A stretch of DNA of 7,014 nt from Octopus sinensis. Lineage: Eukaryota. Shown here one piece after another: positions 6,432 through 7,014 of this stretch. The stretch spans positions 1 to 7,014 of the forward strand of contig NW_021828995.1 in the NCBI RefSeq assembly GCF_006345805.1. The letters are read 5' to 3'. Position 1 is the stretch's first letter, and each line of letters starts with the position of its first letter. The translations under genes and the position numbers were made by a program. The notes under the pieces were generated by a model. That model made no database searches and had not been told where the DNA came from. It saw only the letters and a program-made list of their open reading frames with translations.

Positions 6432-6585
6432 GAGGCCTGCTTCTGAGTATGCTTTTCCAAGCAAGAGGAAAGTAACTGGAAGAGGACATTTCCGATGCCT
6501 TGGAGACGGTTGACTAATCTGGAACATTTTTGCGAAGGGTTTTCCCAAATTATCCTAGGTGGAATACCCCGCTTTTGGGGATTTC

Positions 6586-6587
6586 AT

Positions 6588-6618
<31 letters not shown>

Positions 6619-6621
6619 TTT
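6586..6621. repeat. (TTTA)n microsatellite
   Basis: Read directly. Confidence 0.96.
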
Positions 6622-6767
6622 CTAAATTTCATATTTATATCTTTTGTTATTTTCCTTCTTGTTGTTTTCCTTTTGATCGACATAAATTCCCTTCATTTTG
6701 AGTATTGTATTCCGTCCTTTGGATGTAGTACTCAATATCTTGTGACTTTGTGGCCAGTGCATGAAAA

Positions 6768-6940
6768 CATCATCATCAACAACATGATCATCACCATCAT
6801 CATCATCGTCGTCGTCGTCGTCATCACCATCATCATCGTCGTCGTCATCGTCCTTCTCGACACCCCTCCTCCTCCTCCTCATCATCATCATATCATCATC
6901 CTCATCACCACCACGACCACCACGACCACCACTATCATCG

Positions 6941-6971
<31 letters not shown>
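6768..6971. repeat. compound (CAT)n/(CGT)n/(CCT)n/(CAC)n trinucleotide microsatellite
   Basis: Read directly. Confidence 0.96.
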
Positions 6972-7014
6972 TTTTCATTAAAGTTGAAGTAACTGCTGTC
7001 ATTGTAGCTATGGA

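Noticed and set aside
6432-6580. Short complex island between microsatellites as an exon
   Set aside because: One minus-strand frame is open, but the peptide is unrecognisable and no convincing splice-site pair was found.
6071-7002. Poly-Thr/Ser/Val/Asp/Tyr ORFs
   Set aside because: Translations of trinucleotide microsatellites with no domain content.

Overview
AT-rich, repeat-saturated eukaryotic non-coding DNA (intronic or intergenic) with no intact host gene. The SINE families and very long TA/TATG/TAA microsatellites suggest an octopus or other cephalopod genome; this is inferred from recall, not from a search. Contents: two copies of one tRNA-derived SINE family; four copies of a second tRNA-derived, CORE-like SINE arranged as two divergent inverted pairs; a fragment of a third SINE; a decayed R4/Dong-clade non-LTR retrotransposon ORF split by a SINE; a stack of (TAA)n-tailed retroelement ends; a probable LINE 3' end sharing its tail with the CORE-like SINE; and a near-perfect 3 x 103 bp tandem repeat carrying a degenerate minimal hammerhead-ribozyme-like motif. 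The supplied ORFs are microsatellite or repeat artefacts. The real coding remnants lie on the minus strand at 3994-5049 and 5239-5292 and are missing from the ORF track.
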